This document shows, in pieces, positions 47,726 through 58,912 of a stretch of DNA of 64,000 nt. The DNA is from an uncultured Gammaproteobacteria bacterium. GTDB taxonomy: Bacteria; Cyanobacteriota; Vampirovibrionia; LMEP-6097; CAYGPN01. The stretch is taken from NCBI GenBank assembly GCA_964352085.1, contig CAYGPN010000002.1, positions 9,545 to 73,544 of the forward strand, read 5' to 3'. How positions within the stretch are numbered: the first letter of the stretch is position 1; the number at the start of each line of letters is the position of its first letter. The position numbers were made by a program, and so were the translations under genes. The notes below the pieces were generated by a model. It did not search any database, was not told where the DNA came from, and saw only the letters and a program-made list of their open reading frames with translations.

Positions 47726-48430
47726 ATGGTAGATCCAATTAGACCTCATAGATTTGATCATGAAAGAGGCAGATATTTAGCAAGGTTAAGTGACGCTGAT
47801 CTATATAACAGAAAAGCAGATCATGAAAAAAGAAGGCAGTTTTTTATAGCAAGGGTTATGGCAGAGCAAGTCCTAGAAAAGGATAAGCCTTTAGATCAAA
47901 GAAAAAAAAGACCAGAGGGTACCAAGCCTTTAGATCTTATAGCCGTTAGGAAAAAATATGACGAGCTAAATGAAAAGTATAAGAATAATGAACTCAATAA
48001 ATTTGAGCTTGAAGATTTCAAAAAAATAGTCAAATATATAAAACTAAAACTAGAGCAAGAAAAGAGCGTGGGGCGCTTTCGCAAAGAAGCTGAGGAGCTT
48101 GCAAAGAAAGAAGAAATCGAAGAAAAGGAAATAGATGACAAGTTTGCTTCCATGATGGAAAGATACCAAAAGCTTATAGAAAAGAAAAAAGCAGACTGGA
48201 AACCACCTCAAATCCACCCAGACCAAACTCACAAGGTGCTTGAGAATGGAGATATAGAGATTACGCTTCCTGATGGCGGCACAATTATTACAGACGCTAG
48301 CACTGTAGAGATTTCATATGAAGACTTAAAAGAACATGATATCGATGGCAATGAGTTCTTTAATTATCTTTTTGAAGTTAAACAAAGAGAGCGGAGAGAA
48401 GAAAGACAAAAAGAAAGAGAAGAAGAGTGA
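47726..48430 (+). CDS. Hypothetical highly charged coiled-coil protein
   Basis: 234 aa, K/E-rich, ending in an RERREERQKEREEE tail. Confidence 0.45.
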   Translation: MVDPIRPHRFDHERGRYLARLSDADLYNRKADHEKRRQFFIARVMAEQVLEKDKPLDQRKKRPEGTKPLDLIAVRKKYDELNEKYKNNELNKFELEDFKKIVKYIKLKLEQEKSVGRFRKEAEELAKKEEIEEKEIDDKFASMMERYQKLIEKKKADWKPPQIHPDQTHKVLENGDIEITLPDGGTIITDASTVEISYEDLKEHDIDGNEFFNYLFEVKQRERREERQKEREEE

Positions 48431-48552
48431 GCTAAGAAATTAGGTAGAATCAGCTAGTCTCCCAAGAGTATTTAATCTTTATTTAGTCAAAAAACTGTCA
48501 TAGACAGCGTTTTAATATTGACTATTAGTATAGAATAGTTAGAGGGGGATAA

Positions 48553-49374
48553 ATGAATCCAGTCGGTCCAAAACAGAATAATGATCCAAAGCCTCAGCCC
48601 AAACCTGAACAAAGATTTGTTGAGAGTTATGAGGATTTAGACAAGAAGAAAGAAGTTGCTCCTCACGAGGCTAGATACTGGTTTGAGGAAGATGTTCAGA
48701 AAGAAGATGATGTCCCTGCTGGTCTTTATGATCCTATAATTAACGCTCCAAGAGGCGCTCATGACACGATTAAAGCTCAAGTTGGTCAGCTAAAGGTTCA
48801 ACAATCACAGCCTCTAACTAATAATAGAAATAAAGAATATAAAGAAATAGAGCTCGATAAGTTCCTTGATAACCGTGACTCCAAGGATCTACTAAATTTT
48901 ACAAAACTAGCAATTGGAGAAGATTTATCAGGCGCTGACTTAAGTGATATGAATATTTCAAACTTTGATTTCAGTGGAGCAAGTTTAGCGAAAGCAGAAA
49001 TTATAGATAGTACTTTCAAAAATGTAAATTTCTCTTTATGTGATCTTTCTAAAGCACATTTAGAAAACGTTACTTTTATAAACTGTAAGATAGATGGCTT
49101 AGATCTAACAGAGGCAAATCTTGAAAATGTCACATTAGATGGAATGAGCATTAAGTCAATCAATTTATCAGGTACTAAAGTGATTAGTCTTTCAATCAAA
49201 GACTCTCAGATTCATGATAATTTTAAAATTGACAAAGGCAAACCAATGCTTAAAGCCAAAGATGCCTTCAAAGTGTTTGGTGACTCCAAGCTAGTATCTT
49301 CTACAAACAATAAAGTCTTAGCGCAAGGTGCTGCACTTAAAGGTGCATTAGAAAAGGCTTTTGCAGCAGCATAG
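48553..49374 (+). CDS. Pentapeptide-repeat protein
   Basis: 273 aa with a central ADLSDMNISNFDFSGASLAKAEI... pentapeptide array and an AGAGGGGGA SD. Confidence 0.65.
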   Translation: MNPVGPKQNNDPKPQPKPEQRFVESYEDLDKKKEVAPHEARYWFEEDVQKEDDVPAGLYDPIINAPRGAHDTIKAQVGQLKVQQSQPLTNNRNKEYKEIELDKFLDNRDSKDLLNFTKLAIGEDLSGADLSDMNISNFDFSGASLAKAEIIDSTFKNVNFSLCDLSKAHLENVTFINCKIDGLDLTEANLENVTLDGMSIKSINLSGTKVISLSIKDSQIHDNFKIDKGKPMLKAKDAFKVFGDSKLVSSTNNKVLAQGAALKGALEKAFAAA

Positions 49375-49456
49375 TCTCAGAAAATGAATCATTTTTAATA
49401 TTAGCGAGTATATACGATTGCTAATATTATCTTCGTTATTTAGATATTTTTTATAA

Positions 49457-49750
49457 ATGAATAAAGAAATCCAAAGTCAGCCACCAATATTTGTGAACCA
49501 TCAATGGCTCACAACAGATAAAGGCCCGTCCAATGAAACTGAAAAGAAAGAAAGATCTTTAACTTACGAAACTAGCTCAGGGGATATATTAAAACTTGAG
49601 CCTTTAACTAAGGATGGCTTAGTTGAAGATTTGAAAAAAGCTATGCACCAAGCTAAGCCAGTAGAGCCTGCAAAAGAAGAAGTTGCAAAAGCTGGCAATG
49701 CCATAGATGCTTTCTTTAAAAATCTAAACAGCTTCCCAAAGAAGAGTTAA
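49457..49750 (+). CDS. Hypothetical small protein
   Basis: 97-aa ORF. Confidence 0.35.
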   Translation: MNKEIQSQPPIFVNHQWLTTDKGPSNETEKKERSLTYETSSGDILKLEPLTKDGLVEDLKKAMHQAKPVEPAKEEVAKAGNAIDAFFKNLNSFPKKS

Positions 49751-49796
49751 TAAAACATTTTTCCAGATCACTTCAAATAAGTGAAATAATAAAAGT

Positions 49797-49997
49797 ATGT
49801 GGCAATTAATTGACATCGCTTATGTGATTCCTGTGACTATTGGTCTAGGTTTACTAGTATCGAAATTTTTAGAATCTAGGTACGAAGGCAATTTTCTAGT
49901 GCCTTGTGTTTTAGTGGCGCTCACACTTGGGACCATTCTTACTATTGTCAAAATCAAAAGAGTTTTAGATCAGATAAATAAAAAGCCTAAAGACTAG
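49797..49997 (+). CDS. Hypothetical small membrane protein
   Basis: 66 aa with two hydrophobic helices. Confidence 0.3.
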   Translation: MWQLIDIAYVIPVTIGLGLLVSKFLESRYEGNFLVPCVLVALTLGTILTIVKIKRVLDQINKKPKD

Positions 49998-50641
49998 TCA
50001 GCTAGCTCTTCATCTTTGTAATCCATTATTGAATCAAGGTATTCAAAAGCTATACCAGAACGGCTTTCATGTGGCTTAGCTAAAAGACCCCATAGAGTAC
50101 GAATACTTTTTTCTTCTTTCTGAGCTTTAGCTCTAATAAAAAAATTATCACCCCAAATTGCCTTAGTTAGTTTATTCAAAACTAGACCTGTAAAATCAAT
50201 AAGGTCTTCATATTTTTCATGTATATAAAGAAAAACAGCTTCATTTTTAAACGCCATTAAATACTCTTTGCTCTTTTTTCCATAATTTTTGGCAATATCT
50301 ATTAATTGACTTTTGGCAAGGATCCACTTTGATGCATAATCCGAATCTAATTTAGAGAGATTTTCAATTGCCTTTTTAAGCAAAGGCTTTGGGCTGACAT
50401 AATGAAAATTTATCTCATCAAAAAGAGATATCTTATGAATTGGCTCAAAGACCTTATATCTAAATCTTTTTAAAAAATCATTTTCATAATTTCTATTATA
50501 TTTAATTGCGCTTTTACTTCCATAGCAAGCTTCTTCAAACTGTTGCAGGTATTTACCAATCTCATTAATCTCAGGCTTTAGTTTCTGAATTCTTTTTACA
50601 GCCTCTACACGACTTGGTAGTGGCTGAATATTACTTGTCAT
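49994..50641 (-). CDS. Hypothetical protein
   Basis: 215-aa ORF with no recognisable domain. Confidence 0.45.
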   Translation of the reverse strand: MTSNIQPLPSRVEAVKRIQKLKPEINEIGKYLQQFEEACYGSKSAIKYNRNYENDFLKRFRYKVFEPIHKISLFDEINFHYVSPKPLLKKAIENLSKLDSDYASKWILAKSQLIDIAKNYGKKSKEYLMAFKNEAVFLYIHEKYEDLIDFTGLVLNKLTKAIWGDNFFIRAKAQKEEKSIRTLWGLLAKPHESRSGIAFEYLDSIMDYKDEELAD

Positions 50642-50694
50642 ACAAATCCCCTCAAGTGATCACTTAGAGTCTAGCAAATTAAGCATCTCATTAG

Positions 50695-52155
<1,461 letters not shown>

Positions 52156-52180
52156 TTACTAAAATAAATTCAAAGTAAAA

Positions 52181-52214
52181 AGCAGCTCTATTTAAATACA
52201 GAGCTGCTTTTTTT
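52181..52214. terminator. Bidirectional rho-independent terminator between atpD and pheS
   Basis: aaaa-gcagctct-atttaaatac-agagctgc-ttttttt. Confidence 0.75.
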
Positions 52215-52230
52215 GCTTTAAAATAAAAAT

Positions 52231-53277
52231 CTAAAACTGATCCAAAAACCTTTGATCACCATTAAACATAAGTCTAATATCATTTACCTTATGCTTAAGC
52301 ATGGTAAACCTATCCAAACCAAGTCCAGCAGCAAAGCCTGAGTATTTCTGAGAATCTATGCCAGCCATCTCTAAAACATTAGGGTCTACCATACCGCAGC
52401 CTAAAAGCTCCATCCAGCCCCTACCACCACAGCTTGAGCAGCCATCGCCATTACAGAAAACACACTGGGCGTCTAGCTCAGCGCTTGGTTCTGTGAAAGG
52501 AAAGAAATCTGGTCTAAAGCGAGTGGGCACTTCTTTTCCAAAGAACTGTTTGATAAATTCATTAAGCACCCATTTCATATTTCCAAAAGTAATGTCTTCA
52601 GCCACAGCCATAATTTCTAACTGATGGAAAAAAGGCATTTTACGAGGGTTAACTTCTTCGTTTCTATAAACCCGGCCTGCACCCATAATTCTAAATGGTG
52701 CTTTGGTTTTTTCCATCGCACGAATCTGAATACTAGATGTGTGGCTTCTTAGTAAAACATCCTCAGCAACTGAAGTATAGAAAGTATCTTGCTCATCACG
52801 TGCTGGATGATCTTCTGGTGTGTTTAAAGCAGAGAAATTATAATAAGCTGTTTCAATTTCTGGACCATCAACTAAACTAAAGCCCATAGTTCTAAATATA
52901 GAAATAATCTCTTTAGTAGTTTGAGTAAGCGGGTGAATGTGACCAAGTGGGGCTGATGTTGATGGCAAAGTTACATCGATTTTTTCTTTAGATAATTTTT
53001 CGTTAAGTTCTTTTTGGTATAAGTCTTCAAGACCTTGAGTGAGCGCACTCTGGATAGCTGTGCTTGTTTCGTTTACAACTTTTCCTAGAACTGGTTTCTC
53101 TTCTTTAGAAAGATCTTTCATGCCCTTACGCGTAGCAATAAGAAAGCTCTTATCACCAAGATACTTTACCTTAAGATCATTTAGCTCTTTAGTCGTTGCC
53201 GCTTTCTGGATTTCAGCTAAAGCCTCGTCTTTAATTGCGTTTAATTTAGTTTGGATATCTGATAGCACGGCTGCCAT
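52231..53277 (-). CDS. pheS: Phenylalanyl-tRNA synthetase alpha subunit
   Basis: Class II motifs (FRPDFFPFTEPS, GAGRV). The start was moved from the track's 53403 to the ATG at 53277 with an AGGTGGA SD, because the longer ORF runs through the palindromic repeat. Confidence 0.85.
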   Translation of the reverse strand: MAAVLSDIQTKLNAIKDEALAEIQKAATTKELNDLKVKYLGDKSFLIATRKGMKDLSKEEKPVLGKVVNETSTAIQSALTQGLEDLYQKELNEKLSKEKIDVTLPSTSAPLGHIHPLTQTTKEIISIFRTMGFSLVDGPEIETAYYNFSALNTPEDHPARDEQDTFYTSVAEDVLLRSHTSSIQIRAMEKTKAPFRIMGAGRVYRNEEVNPRKMPFFHQLEIMAVAEDITFGNMKWVLNEFIKQFFGKEVPTRFRPDFFPFTEPSAELDAQCVFCNGDGCSSCGGRGWMELLGCGMVDPNVLEMAGIDSQKYSGFAAGLGLDRFTMLKHKVNDIRLMFNGDQRFLDQF

Positions 53278-53295
53278 TCCACCTATTTTATCACT

Positions 53296-53448
53296 ACGAG
53301 TCATTACGAGCCAAAGGCGAAGCAATCTATGTGTCATCACGAACGAAGTGAAGTGATCCATGGATTGCTTCGCTATGCTCGCAATGACGAGAGTTGCTCG
53401 CAATGACGAGAGTTGCTCGTGATGACAAACCTAACGATCACGATGACC
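53296..53448. repeat. Palindromic intergenic repeat, copy 7, with tandem gctcgcaatgacgagagtt x2
   Basis: cattacgagccaaaggcgaagcaatctatgtgtcatcacgaacgaagtgaagtgatccatggattgcttcgctatgctcgcaatgacgagagttgctcgcaatgacgagagttgctcgtgatgac. Confidence 0.85.
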
Positions 53449-53481
53449 TTCTTTATTCTATTTACCCAAAAATTATCGTCT

Positions 53482-54375
53482 TTACAGCTTAATTCGATCC
53501 CAATCAATCTCATGCATTTTTTCGCGAATGCCGTTCATAGCATCAGACACACGGACCACATCTCTATGAAATCTTACATCATGCACTCTAACTTTATTCG
53601 CGCCATTTTGAATAGCTAGTGAATTAAAGGCAGCTGTTCCAGCCTCTAATCGATTAGCATTTGACTCAGCTGTGATAGAACCCAAAAATGATTTGCGACT
53701 TGAACCCACTAAAACGGGAAGCTCAAACTTAGCTTTAATTTGAGGTAAAAATCTTAGAATTTTAAAGTTATGATCAACACTCTTTCCAAAACCAACCCCA
53801 GGATCTAAAACTAAACGGTTTTTATCAATCCCACTTGCTACAGCAATCTCAACACTCTTAGAGAAAAATTCTATAAGGTGTTCTAAGAACCCTTTATCAT
53901 CTCCATAAAAATCATCAGGCACGTCCGCTGATGGCACTGGTGGTATCCCACCTTTAGAGTGCATTACAACGATTTTGCAATCATCGGAATTTTTAGCAAT
54001 CACTCTTGCCATATCAGGGTCGTGCTGAAGACCTGTTACATCATTTATGTACTCCACACCATAATTTAAAACTGCTTCTGCTACTTTAGGCTTTCTTGTA
54101 TCGATTGATACAGGCCAAAAAATATTTTTCTTAAACTGTAAAAGGAAAGGTACTAGCCTATCAATTTCTTCTTGCTCAGTCACTGGACTAGCTCCAGGGC
54201 GAGTAGATTCAGCACCAATATCTAAAACGTCAGCACCGTGCATATAAAGAGACATTGCTTTTGCTAATGCATTATCAAGATTTAAAATTTCATCGGAGCC
54301 ATCAGAAAATGAATCTGGCGTTAGATTCAATATCCCGAATATTTTAGTTTTAGCGTTTTTTTCCACTGATTCCAA
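53482..54375 (-). CDS. folP: Dihydropteroate synthase
   Basis: GILNLTPDSFSDG pterin-binding motif; 297 aa. Confidence 0.85.
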   Translation of the reverse strand: MESVEKNAKTKIFGILNLTPDSFSDGSDEILNLDNALAKAMSLYMHGADVLDIGAESTRPGASPVTEQEEIDRLVPFLLQFKKNIFWPVSIDTRKPKVAEAVLNYGVEYINDVTGLQHDPDMARVIAKNSDDCKIVVMHSKGGIPPVPSADVPDDFYGDDKGFLEHLIEFFSKSVEIAVASGIDKNRLVLDPGVGFGKSVDHNFKILRFLPQIKAKFELPVLVGSSRKSFLGSITAESNANRLEAGTAAFNSLAIQNGANKVRVHDVRFHRDVVRVSDAMNGIREKMHEIDWDRIKL

Positions 54376-54556
54376 ATCCCAAAATTCCTACTAATGTAGT
54401 GAATGTCGCAATGGGATGTGCCTTACCAAAATATAATAGCTTTTTGCCAAGCTCTACAATTTGGTTTTTGGCCGCTCTTGAGCGAATGGTATCTTTCAAT
54501 GCCTTAAGCTCTTCGCGTCTCTCAGTTTCTTCTTCGAATATTGGATTGTATACCAT
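54350..54556 (-). CDS. Hypothetical small protein
   Basis: 68 aa. It overlaps the folP start by 26 nt. Confidence 0.3.
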   Translation of the reverse strand: MVYNPIFEEETERREELKALKDTIRSRAAKNQIVELGKKLLYFGKAHPIATFTTLVGILGFGISGKKR

Positions 54557-54688
54557 TTCGTTCTCCTTTATTAGTTAATCCCTTGATTTACAGGTTCTTT
54601 AACTAGTTCTACAAAGGAAATTTAAGAAGAAATTTGAGAACAAATTACGACTTGTATATGTATATCGGCAGCTTATCTGTGGTCTTTA

Positions 54689-54803
54689 CCCCCCCCGGAC
54701 AGTGTGAAAAAGCGGAACAATCTATACATAGAATGGCTATTTTGAAGGATATTCACCCAAAATGTGTTACTATTTCACTTTTTGACACGGTCCGGGAGGG
54801 TCT
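54689..54803 (+). ncRNA. Candidate structured RNA or leader (long-range GC helix enclosing ~78 nt)
   Basis: C8GGACAGTGTG at 54689-54706 pairs with CACGGTCCGGGAGGG at 54786-54800 over ~15 bp with 2 mismatches. It lies in the 335-bp divergent intergenic region. The strand is assumed. Confidence 0.25.
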
Positions 54804-54891
54804 AAGAAAAATCTAAAGATGTCAAGCTTAATCTAGCTTCTATGCTAGGATTACAGGTCTGACAGGCACTTTGAGGCCTTAGGAGATAAAA

Positions 54892-54993
54892 ATGTCAAAG
54901 AAAATAAGAGCGGACAAGCAACAAGCAGGAATGAAAAGAGCAACTAAAGTTGCAAAAAGAAAGGCGAAAAAAGCTAAAAAAGAATCTGCTTAA
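54892..54993 (+). CDS. Small Lys-rich protein (33 aa)
   Basis: The GGAG SD sits 8 nt upstream. [33 protein letters not shown]. The stop overlaps the DegT start (TAATG). Confidence 0.35.
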   Translation: MSKKIRADKQQAGMKRATKVAKRKAKKAKKESA

Positions 54994-56147
54994 TGAGCGA
55001 GCTTAAAGTCCCGATTTTAAATTTAAAAGAACATTATTCCAGGCTCAAAAATGAGCTTGAACCAGTTATTCTTGAATCCTTTAATAGTTGCGCGCATGTG
55101 CTTGGACCTAAGCTAAAAGAGTTTGAAGAAAAAGCAGCTGAGTACCTAGAAGTAAAACACGCTTCTGGAGTTGCTAATGGTACTGATGCTATCCAGCTCG
55201 CATTAATGGCTTTAGATATTAAAGAGGGTGATGAAGTTATCACGACTCCATTTACTTTTGCAGCAACTGCAAGTTCTATAGCTATCCTAGGCGCGAGGCC
55301 AGTCTTCGTGGATATCGATCCAGAAACTTATAACATTGATGCTAGTAAAATTGAAGAAAAAATCACGGATAAAACAAAAGCTATTTTAGTAGTTCACCTT
55401 TATGGACAGTGCTGTGAGATGCACCCAATACTTCAAATTGCTAGAAAACATAATTTAAAAATAATAGAAGATGCTGCTCAAGCCTTTGGTGCTGAGTACT
55501 ATTGCCCAGTTGCTAAAAAGACCTTGAAAGCTGGAAGCATCGGTGACATAGCCACTTTTAGTTTCTACCCTACTAAGAATTTAGGATGTGCTGGTGATGG
55601 TGGTTTGGTGACCACTGACTCTAAAGAGCTAGATTTTAGAATAAAGCGCATTAGAGCTCAAGGAAGCACGAAACGTTATCACCATGATGAGATCGGCTTA
55701 AATAGTCGCTTAGACGAGATTCAAGCAGCGATTCTTTTAGTGAAACTTAAGTACATCACAGAGTGGAACGATCATAGAGCGAAGATAGCTGAAGTTTACA
55801 ACGAAGCTTTTAAAGATATAGAGGCTATCAATACTCCTAAAGTTTTAGGCGGTAAGCACATCTATCACCAATACACAATTTCACTTAATGATATTGATCG
55901 TGATGAGCTTAAAGCAAAGCTTTTAGAGAAAGGGGTAGCATCAGAAGTTTACTATCCTATACCGCTTCACCTGCAAAAGGCATATGAGTATTTAGCTTAT
56001 AAAGAAGGTGATTTCAAAGAATCGGAACAGGCTGCAAAAAATATTCTTTGCCTGCCAGTTTATGCTGAATTAAGTATTGATGATGCAAAGCTAGTCACTG
56101 AAGCTGTTAGAGAGTCTTTAAATATTAAAACACTTTCATCTGTTTAG
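54993..56147 (+). CDS. DegT/DnrJ/EryC1/StrS-family PLP aminotransferase (sugar aminotransferase)
   Basis: [16 protein letters not shown] Lys-PLP region; 384 aa. Confidence 0.85.
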   Translation: MSELKVPILNLKEHYSRLKNELEPVILESFNSCAHVLGPKLKEFEEKAAEYLEVKHASGVANGTDAIQLALMALDIKEGDEVITTPFTFAATASSIAILGARPVFVDIDPETYNIDASKIEEKITDKTKAILVVHLYGQCCEMHPILQIARKHNLKIIEDAAQAFGAEYYCPVAKKTLKAGSIGDIATFSFYPTKNLGCAGDGGLVTTDSKELDFRIKRIRAQGSTKRYHHDEIGLNSRLDEIQAAILLVKLKYITEWNDHRAKIAEVYNEAFKDIEAINTPKVLGGKHIYHQYTISLNDIDRDELKAKLLEKGVASEVYYPIPLHLQKAYEYLAYKEGDFKESEQAAKNILCLPVYAELSIDDAKLVTEAVRESLNIKTLSSV

Positions 56148-56214
56148 TCTTTAAGATAGATTAGAATGTTACTTAGAAGCTACAAAGCAGTAGCTCACAG
56201 GGAGAGACGGGGAA

Positions 56215-57273
56215 ATGGCAACAGCAGTACAAACTATAAAAAATATTCATGAACAAAACATTTCATTCAGAAAATCAATACGTGAAGGCGTAAATCAACT
56301 TGGAGATTCATTCAAAAATTGGTCAACAATCAAAGATCCTTTTAAAAGCAAGCTCAAGGAAACTATTAGTAAACAAACAAAAGCTCTTGATCTGAGTATA
56401 GAAACCAGGAATGAAACTGAACAAGCTGCTATCGCAAATTTAATTAAAGAGCTTAATGCTGCTAGAGAAGAAAACACTTGCCCTAAATGCAAGGACGGTA
56501 ATGGCGGCATTGCCTTTGCAGAAAGAGCTGAGCTATACGGTCACAATTCAGAAAAGTGGAAAGATAATTCTGAAATAGATATTAATGAGCCATTTGTTTT
56601 TAGTAAAGAAGGAGTTAGTTCAGATATTTCATATATGCAAGCTGAAATTGATGAGCTAGCTAATTTAATTGAAGATGCTTATAATGATGAAGGGACTTCA
56701 AGAAAAGAACTAGCAAAAAGAAAAGCAGAAATTCAAAAGCTCTTTATCCCAATCGCTAAAAGACTTTTAACTATGGATTATAGAAACCTTGAAGATAAAG
56801 CTTCTAGTGACCCAAGCTCACTTAATTACAAGGCAAAAGTTTTAGAAACATTAGCTCTTTTTTGGGTGGAGGGTGATTTTGATGTAGATAAACTACTAGA
56901 AGAAGATAGTCTCAAGTCATCAGTCAAACCAACTAAATACCTACATGAATTTTATATAAGACATAAAAACAGAGCTCGCAGCTCCTTTGAGCCTAGAATA
57001 AATAAAAATTTACGTAAGCATATAGAAGCTAGCTACAGCAATGAAACTCCTTGCCAAAGGGAAAAAGCTGAAGAACAAAGACTTATTTTAGATAACCCTG
57101 ATACTTTCTTTAAAGATTTAATTAGATCTACTAGATTTAAAACACAGAGTGGAAAGTATATAGAACTCAGTCTAGATCTAAAAGCAGAGCTTATAGCCTA
57201 CTTTTCAAATCTAGCAAGATCAAGCAAGTATTTTAATGCACTAATTAAACAGATTCAGAATCCTAAAGCTTAG
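56215..57273 (+). CDS. Hypothetical coiled-coil protein
   Basis: 352 aa with a CPKCKDG motif and no known domain. Confidence 0.45.
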   Translation: MATAVQTIKNIHEQNISFRKSIREGVNQLGDSFKNWSTIKDPFKSKLKETISKQTKALDLSIETRNETEQAAIANLIKELNAAREENTCPKCKDGNGGIAFAERAELYGHNSEKWKDNSEIDINEPFVFSKEGVSSDISYMQAEIDELANLIEDAYNDEGTSRKELAKRKAEIQKLFIPIAKRLLTMDYRNLEDKASSDPSSLNYKAKVLETLALFWVEGDFDVDKLLEEDSLKSSVKPTKYLHEFYIRHKNRARSSFEPRINKNLRKHIEASYSNETPCQREKAEEQRLILDNPDTFFKDLIRSTRFKTQSGKYIELSLDLKAELIAYFSNLARSSKYFNALIKQIQNPKA

Positions 57274-57827
57274 TTACCGTCGTAAACTTTACCGTCAATA
57301 ACTACTTTACCAACATGTGCAGTACCATTACCTCTTTGGATAATTCTAGAATTGTCAACATCTCTTTTAATGGTAATTCCAGGAGGTGTTTGCTCAGGCT
57401 GAGCGATTCTTCTACCATAGATATCTAGAGCAGGATTTCTTAAACGAGTTGTTTTAACAGCACCGATGTTTAATGGTTCTTCTTTAGGTTTTTGATTTCT
57501 ATTAGCGCCTACCACTACGATACGAGGGTCTTTAGAAATATCTAATACTGGGACCTTTTTAGGCTCAGACTTTTTACTATCAGGCTTAGAAAGATCTAGT
57601 CTTCGTATGTTCGTCTTCTTTTCTTTAGCTAAAGCAGGACCCTCAAACTTCGCACGAAGTTCTGCTCTTTTAGCTTCACGAGCATCTATATCAGCTTGAT
57701 TTTCAGCTCTTCTAATTTCAGTAGGCTTTTCTTCTTGCCTAATCTGAGCTTTTTGATTATCATTTGCGCAGCCAGAAAATGCTGCCGCTGCTGCAAGACC
57801 TGTACCTAATTTTGTAAAATTATTCAT
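57270..57827 (-). CDS. Hypothetical lipoprotein
   Basis: Lipobox AAFSGC; charged and low-complexity; 185 aa. Confidence 0.45.
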   Translation of the reverse strand: MNNFTKLGTGLAAAAAFSGCANDNQKAQIRQEEKPTEIRRAENQADIDAREAKRAELRAKFEGPALAKEKKTNIRRLDLSKPDSKKSEPKKVPVLDISKDPRIVVVGANRNQKPKEEPLNIGAVKTTRLRNPALDIYGRRIAQPEQTPPGITIKRDVDNSRIIQRGNGTAHVGKVVIDGKVYDGN

Positions 57828-57921
57828 TATAATTGTCCCCTTTAAGAGTTTTGCTAATCTCTAGATATAACATTAACATGATTAAATAAGCTCAAGACGG
57901 TATTTACAATCACTTAAGAAA

Positions 57922-58431
57922 TCACTGAAACTCTTTAATCATAGCTGTTTCATTACAATCATCTTTAAATGGGCAGCTAGAACATTCTTTAAAAACTTTT
58001 TCTGGTAAAGCATCCATACTCACTACTTTATAACCAAGCTTCTTAAAGAAATCGACTTGGTAAGTAAGCACAAAGAGCTTCTTAATACCTAGTTCTTTCG
58101 CTTCCTGCTCACAATCTTCCACTAGAAGCCTGCCATACCCTTTCCCTTGAGCGCCAGGATGTACAGCCAGGCTTTTAATCTCAGCTAATACTGGCGTAAA
58201 AAGATCAAGCATCGCTGAACCAAGCACCGCGTCCCCCCCGGTGTCAGAGCAGAAAAGCGGACGGTTTTCATTTACTAATATTCTAAAAGCTCTACGATAT
58301 TTATAAAGCTCATCATAGGATTTAGGCAACATCTCACGTTTTTCAGCAAAATAGTTAATCAGCTTGTAAAGCCCATCAAAACTAGCTTCTGTGGGTTTTT
58401 GGATATTCAGTTTTGCTTTGGTTTTTTCCAT
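57922..58431 (-). CDS. GNAT-family N-acetyltransferase
   Basis: VHPGAQGKGYGRLLV acetyl-CoA-binding motif; 169 aa. Confidence 0.7.
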   Translation of the reverse strand: MEKTKAKLNIQKPTEASFDGLYKLINYFAEKREMLPKSYDELYKYRRAFRILVNENRPLFCSDTGGDAVLGSAMLDLFTPVLAEIKSLAVHPGAQGKGYGRLLVEDCEQEAKELGIKKLFVLTYQVDFFKKLGYKVVSMDALPEKVFKECSSCPFKDDCNETAMIKEFQ

Positions 58432-58543
58432 TTATTCTCAGCTTAGGGAATTCACTAGTCCGCTTTTCTGCTCTGACACCGAAAGGGACAAAAAAAAGAG
58501 CGACATCTCTGCCGCTCCTTCTAGTTAAATCTTTAGTCTTTTA

Positions 58544-58894
58544 CTAAACTAACTGAACTGTTGCGGTCTCGACGTTATCACCTCTTCTGTTACCAGTTTT
58601 GATAACTCTAGTGAAACCAGACTGCCTGTCTTTATAACGCTCAGCAACTGAATCAAAAAGATCAGCTAAAACAGCATCTTCAAAAAGAACCGCTTCTGCC
58701 TGACGACGAGCATGAAGATCTCCACGCTTAGCAAGAGTAATTAGTTTTTCAACTTCTGGCGCCATTGCTTTTGCCTTAGTTAAAGTAGTGCTAATCTCTT
58801 TCTCTCTTAACAAGTTAGTAACAAGAGATCTGATGACAGCTTTACGCTGGTCAGCTGCTCTTCCTAATGTGTGTCTTTTCTTACGGTGTCTCAT
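58544..58894 (-). CDS. rplQ: 50S ribosomal protein L17
   Basis: MRHRKKRHTLGRAADQRKA...; 116 aa. Confidence 0.9.
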   Translation of the reverse strand: MRHRKKRHTLGRAADQRKAVIRSLVTNLLREKEISTTLTKAKAMAPEVEKLITLAKRGDLHARRQAEAVLFEDAVLADLFDSVAERYKDRQSGFTRVIKTGNRRGDNVETATVQLV

Positions 58895-58912
58895 TTATTT
58901 GCCTCTTAAAAT

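Noticed and set aside
54634-54816. 60-aa ORF in the track across the structured intergenic region
   Set aside because: It has no RBS. It coincides with the GC helix. The C8 and G-rich tracts create the open frame. It was treated as non-coding.
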